Part shown: piece after piece, positions 61,770 through 64,000 of the stretch
Position numbering within the stretch: position 1 is the stretch's first letter
Layout: every line of letters starts with the position of its first letter
Origin: Eledone cirrhosa
Lineage: Eukaryota
DNA length: 64,000 nt
Direction: 5' to 3'
Assembly (NCBI GenBank): GCA_964016885.1
Contig: OZ024741.1
Span: 134,416,001-134,480,000, forward strand
Notes under the pieces: model-generated
What the model saw: the letters and a program-made list of their open reading frames with translations, nothing else
What the model was told of the DNA's origin: nothing
Database searches by the model: none
Position numbers and translations under genes: made by a program

Positions 61770-62575
61770 TGAAACTATTGTGTACAGTGCTCAGGTGCAC
61801 TATAACACATCAAAGGTGCATGTATAGTACATAGAATAATGTACAAATGCCAGGAAAGTGAACAGTGTATGAGTCATGATATACATGTCTGCGTGTTTAT
61901 GGATGGGGGATATCAGGTGTGGTGTTGGCGATTTTTCAGGAAGCATGGAAGTTTTAAAGGATGCAATGTCTCAGCAGCTGACAACTGATGCAGGTAGTTT
62001 GTTCCCATGATTCAGCACCTCTGAGCGTGAAAAAATGTTTCCAAAAGTCATGGGAGCTGTGCTGTTTTCTGACTTTGTAGGCATGCCCATGGTTGTTAGA
62101 CACATTGAATTCAAAAAGGTGCTCAGGGTTGTTGTTGGCAAGATGGTTAATAATTTTGTGGGTGTTTACCAAGTCAGTTGCCAGACATTGGAGCTTCAAT
62201 CTATCCATGCCCAGGGAAGCAAGACGTTCAGAGTATGGTAGATGCCTGATGTGGGGTACACGTCTCTGAACAGTTTCCAGGAGGTCAATGTTCTGAGCAA
62301 GATAGGGGTTCCAGACTGGTGATGCAAATTTTAAGTGTGGCCGCACCATAGCCATGTACAGCTTTAAATAGATAGCTGGAGAGCGGCTGACAAAGGTCTT
62401 GCTGAGTGATGCCAAGACACCCTCGGCCTTCTTGTCAATTTTAGAGATGTGCTTTGTCCAATGCAAATCGCTGCTGACAGTAATGGCCAGGTCACGTTCA
62501 CAAGAACACTTCTTGATATTAGTGTTGTGGAGGGAGTATGTATGCATGGTGGTACACTTGACCACAGCCAGCATG
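61770..62575 (-). mobile_element. CR1/L2-group LINE 3' fragment
   Basis: ERDLAI.VS.DL.W, LY..MVRPHL.FASPVWNP, LE.VQRR, PYSERL..L, FFT.R. Confidence 0.85.
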
Positions 62576-63489
62576 ACTTACCAGTCCATGATCACATTCA
62601 CAAGAAAACTTCTTGATATCATTGTTTTTATGTCTGTTTTTCCATACTTGCATGGGTAGGATAGATCCTTCTCAACAAAGTATCTCTCCATTCACCATAT
62701 TTCTTCATCATTTCCTCTGTGAGTCTCAGCAATTTCAGGTCAGCTCACACTACCTCTAGTGCAACTTCCTTCCTCTGAGACTTTTTTACCCATCAATCAT
62801 CACCCATGCACATCACATGACCGTACCAATGTAGTCTTTTCTCCTGCTGAAGTGGAGGATACAGGGATGTCATGGGTATGGTTATGTGTGTGCTGAAGGG
62901 ATGAAATTGGTGGGTGTGCGTTGCTTCAGTCTGTATGTGTGAACACGCGGGTGTCTCAGAGTCTTATATTATTGGGGTGTATGTCTGTGAGTTCTATGTT
63001 TTATTTTTGTGCATGTGACTGTATGTGCATGAGTGTGTATGGGGCTTTTTTCTGTTGTTTCTAGTATATGAGTGCGTATGATTTTGTGTGTGTATGTATT
63101 TTCATGTGTCGAATGACTAGGTTTGAGTGTCTACATGCATGTGTGTGTAGGTGACTTTTTTCTATTGTTTCTATGTATGTGAGTGTGTACGTATGCATGT
63201 AGATTTTCATGTGTCTGTATGTGTGTGTTGGTGGCTTTGTATTATCTGTAGAGGGAAGCTTTTTGTGTGCATAAGTGTGTTTATGTTTGGGAGTGTGTAT
63301 GTGAATGTTTTCCATTATTTCTATGTATGTGAATATATATATATATATATATTAATACATGAAATTGCATACCAACAAGGTGGCTGATGAGATGGAGATG
63401 CAGTTGACTATTTCTCTTATGTAACTGTTTTCTGTGAGAATTTTCAGTATATACATATAAATATATATACATATATATATATGTATATA

Positions 63490-64000
63490 TCAACATCAAC
63501 ATCATCATTCTTACGTCCATTTTTCTATGCTTGCATGGGTTGGACGGGTCATTCTCAGCACAGATCCCTTCATCTCTCTGTGAGTCTCAGAGAGTTGAGG
63601 TCAGATCTCACCACATCTGCCCAGTTTTTTCTTGGTCTATTTCTACAGCAGCCATCATCGACTGGGGACCTCTTACCCAGCGATCATCATTTGAGCACAT
63701 CACATCCGTACCAATACAGTTTTTTCTCCTGCATGCCACTTCGGATTCTTCTTAAACCCAGCTTCTCACTCAGCTCGTCCAAGCTCTGCCTTTCTTTTAT
63801 ATTTACATTACACATCCAACGAAGCATGGTTGATTCATTTCTCTCCAGTCTATGCATGTCTTCTGTGGTACCCATGTTTCACTACTATGCAGCATCACAC
63901 TTCACACACATGCATCATACAGTCATTCTTTTATATGTAGGGAGAAACCTTTTGTTGTCAACAGTGGGAGTAGATTTCTAAACTTCTTCCACCCTATCTT
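63490..64000 (-). mobile_element. Decayed RTE-family 3' fragment
   Basis: RLERNESTMLRWMCNV...LYWYG; similar relics at about 50690-51000, 53740-53940, 61170-61520 and 62620-62850. Confidence 0.75.

Overview
Eukaryotic, AT-rich, repeat-dominated genomic DNA; the SINE and LINE families and the (TA)n/(CA)n load suggest an octopus-like cephalopod (inference, not proven). There are two host genes, both on the minus strand. One is a complete 9-exon IMP4 gene (U3 snoRNP Brix-domain protein, 293 aa, CDS 60165->48218). The other is the first coding exon of a TMEM106-family gene (14850->14628), whose later exons I could not find in the window. Most of the rest is retroelement material: a near-intact RTE-clade LINE with a PHD finger after its RT core, an inverted decayed twin of it, and fragments of Penelope-like (GIY-YIG), Tx1/L1, CR1/L2 and restriction-like-endonuclease LINEs, plus tRNA-derived SINEs. 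Two structured-RNA themes stand out. (1) More than a dozen minimal hammerhead-ribozyme motifs from several Penelope pLTR families, mostly within fold-back mini-elements inserted in (TA)n. These include a 310-bp tandem, retrozyme-like unit and two motifs in sense orientation within host introns. (2) A hairpin+pseudoknot module of the RTE 3' UTR that has been tandemly amplified several times, most strikingly as a 24 x 112-bp array inside a single TSD-flanked insertion. All calls were made by eye; nothing was computed or searched.
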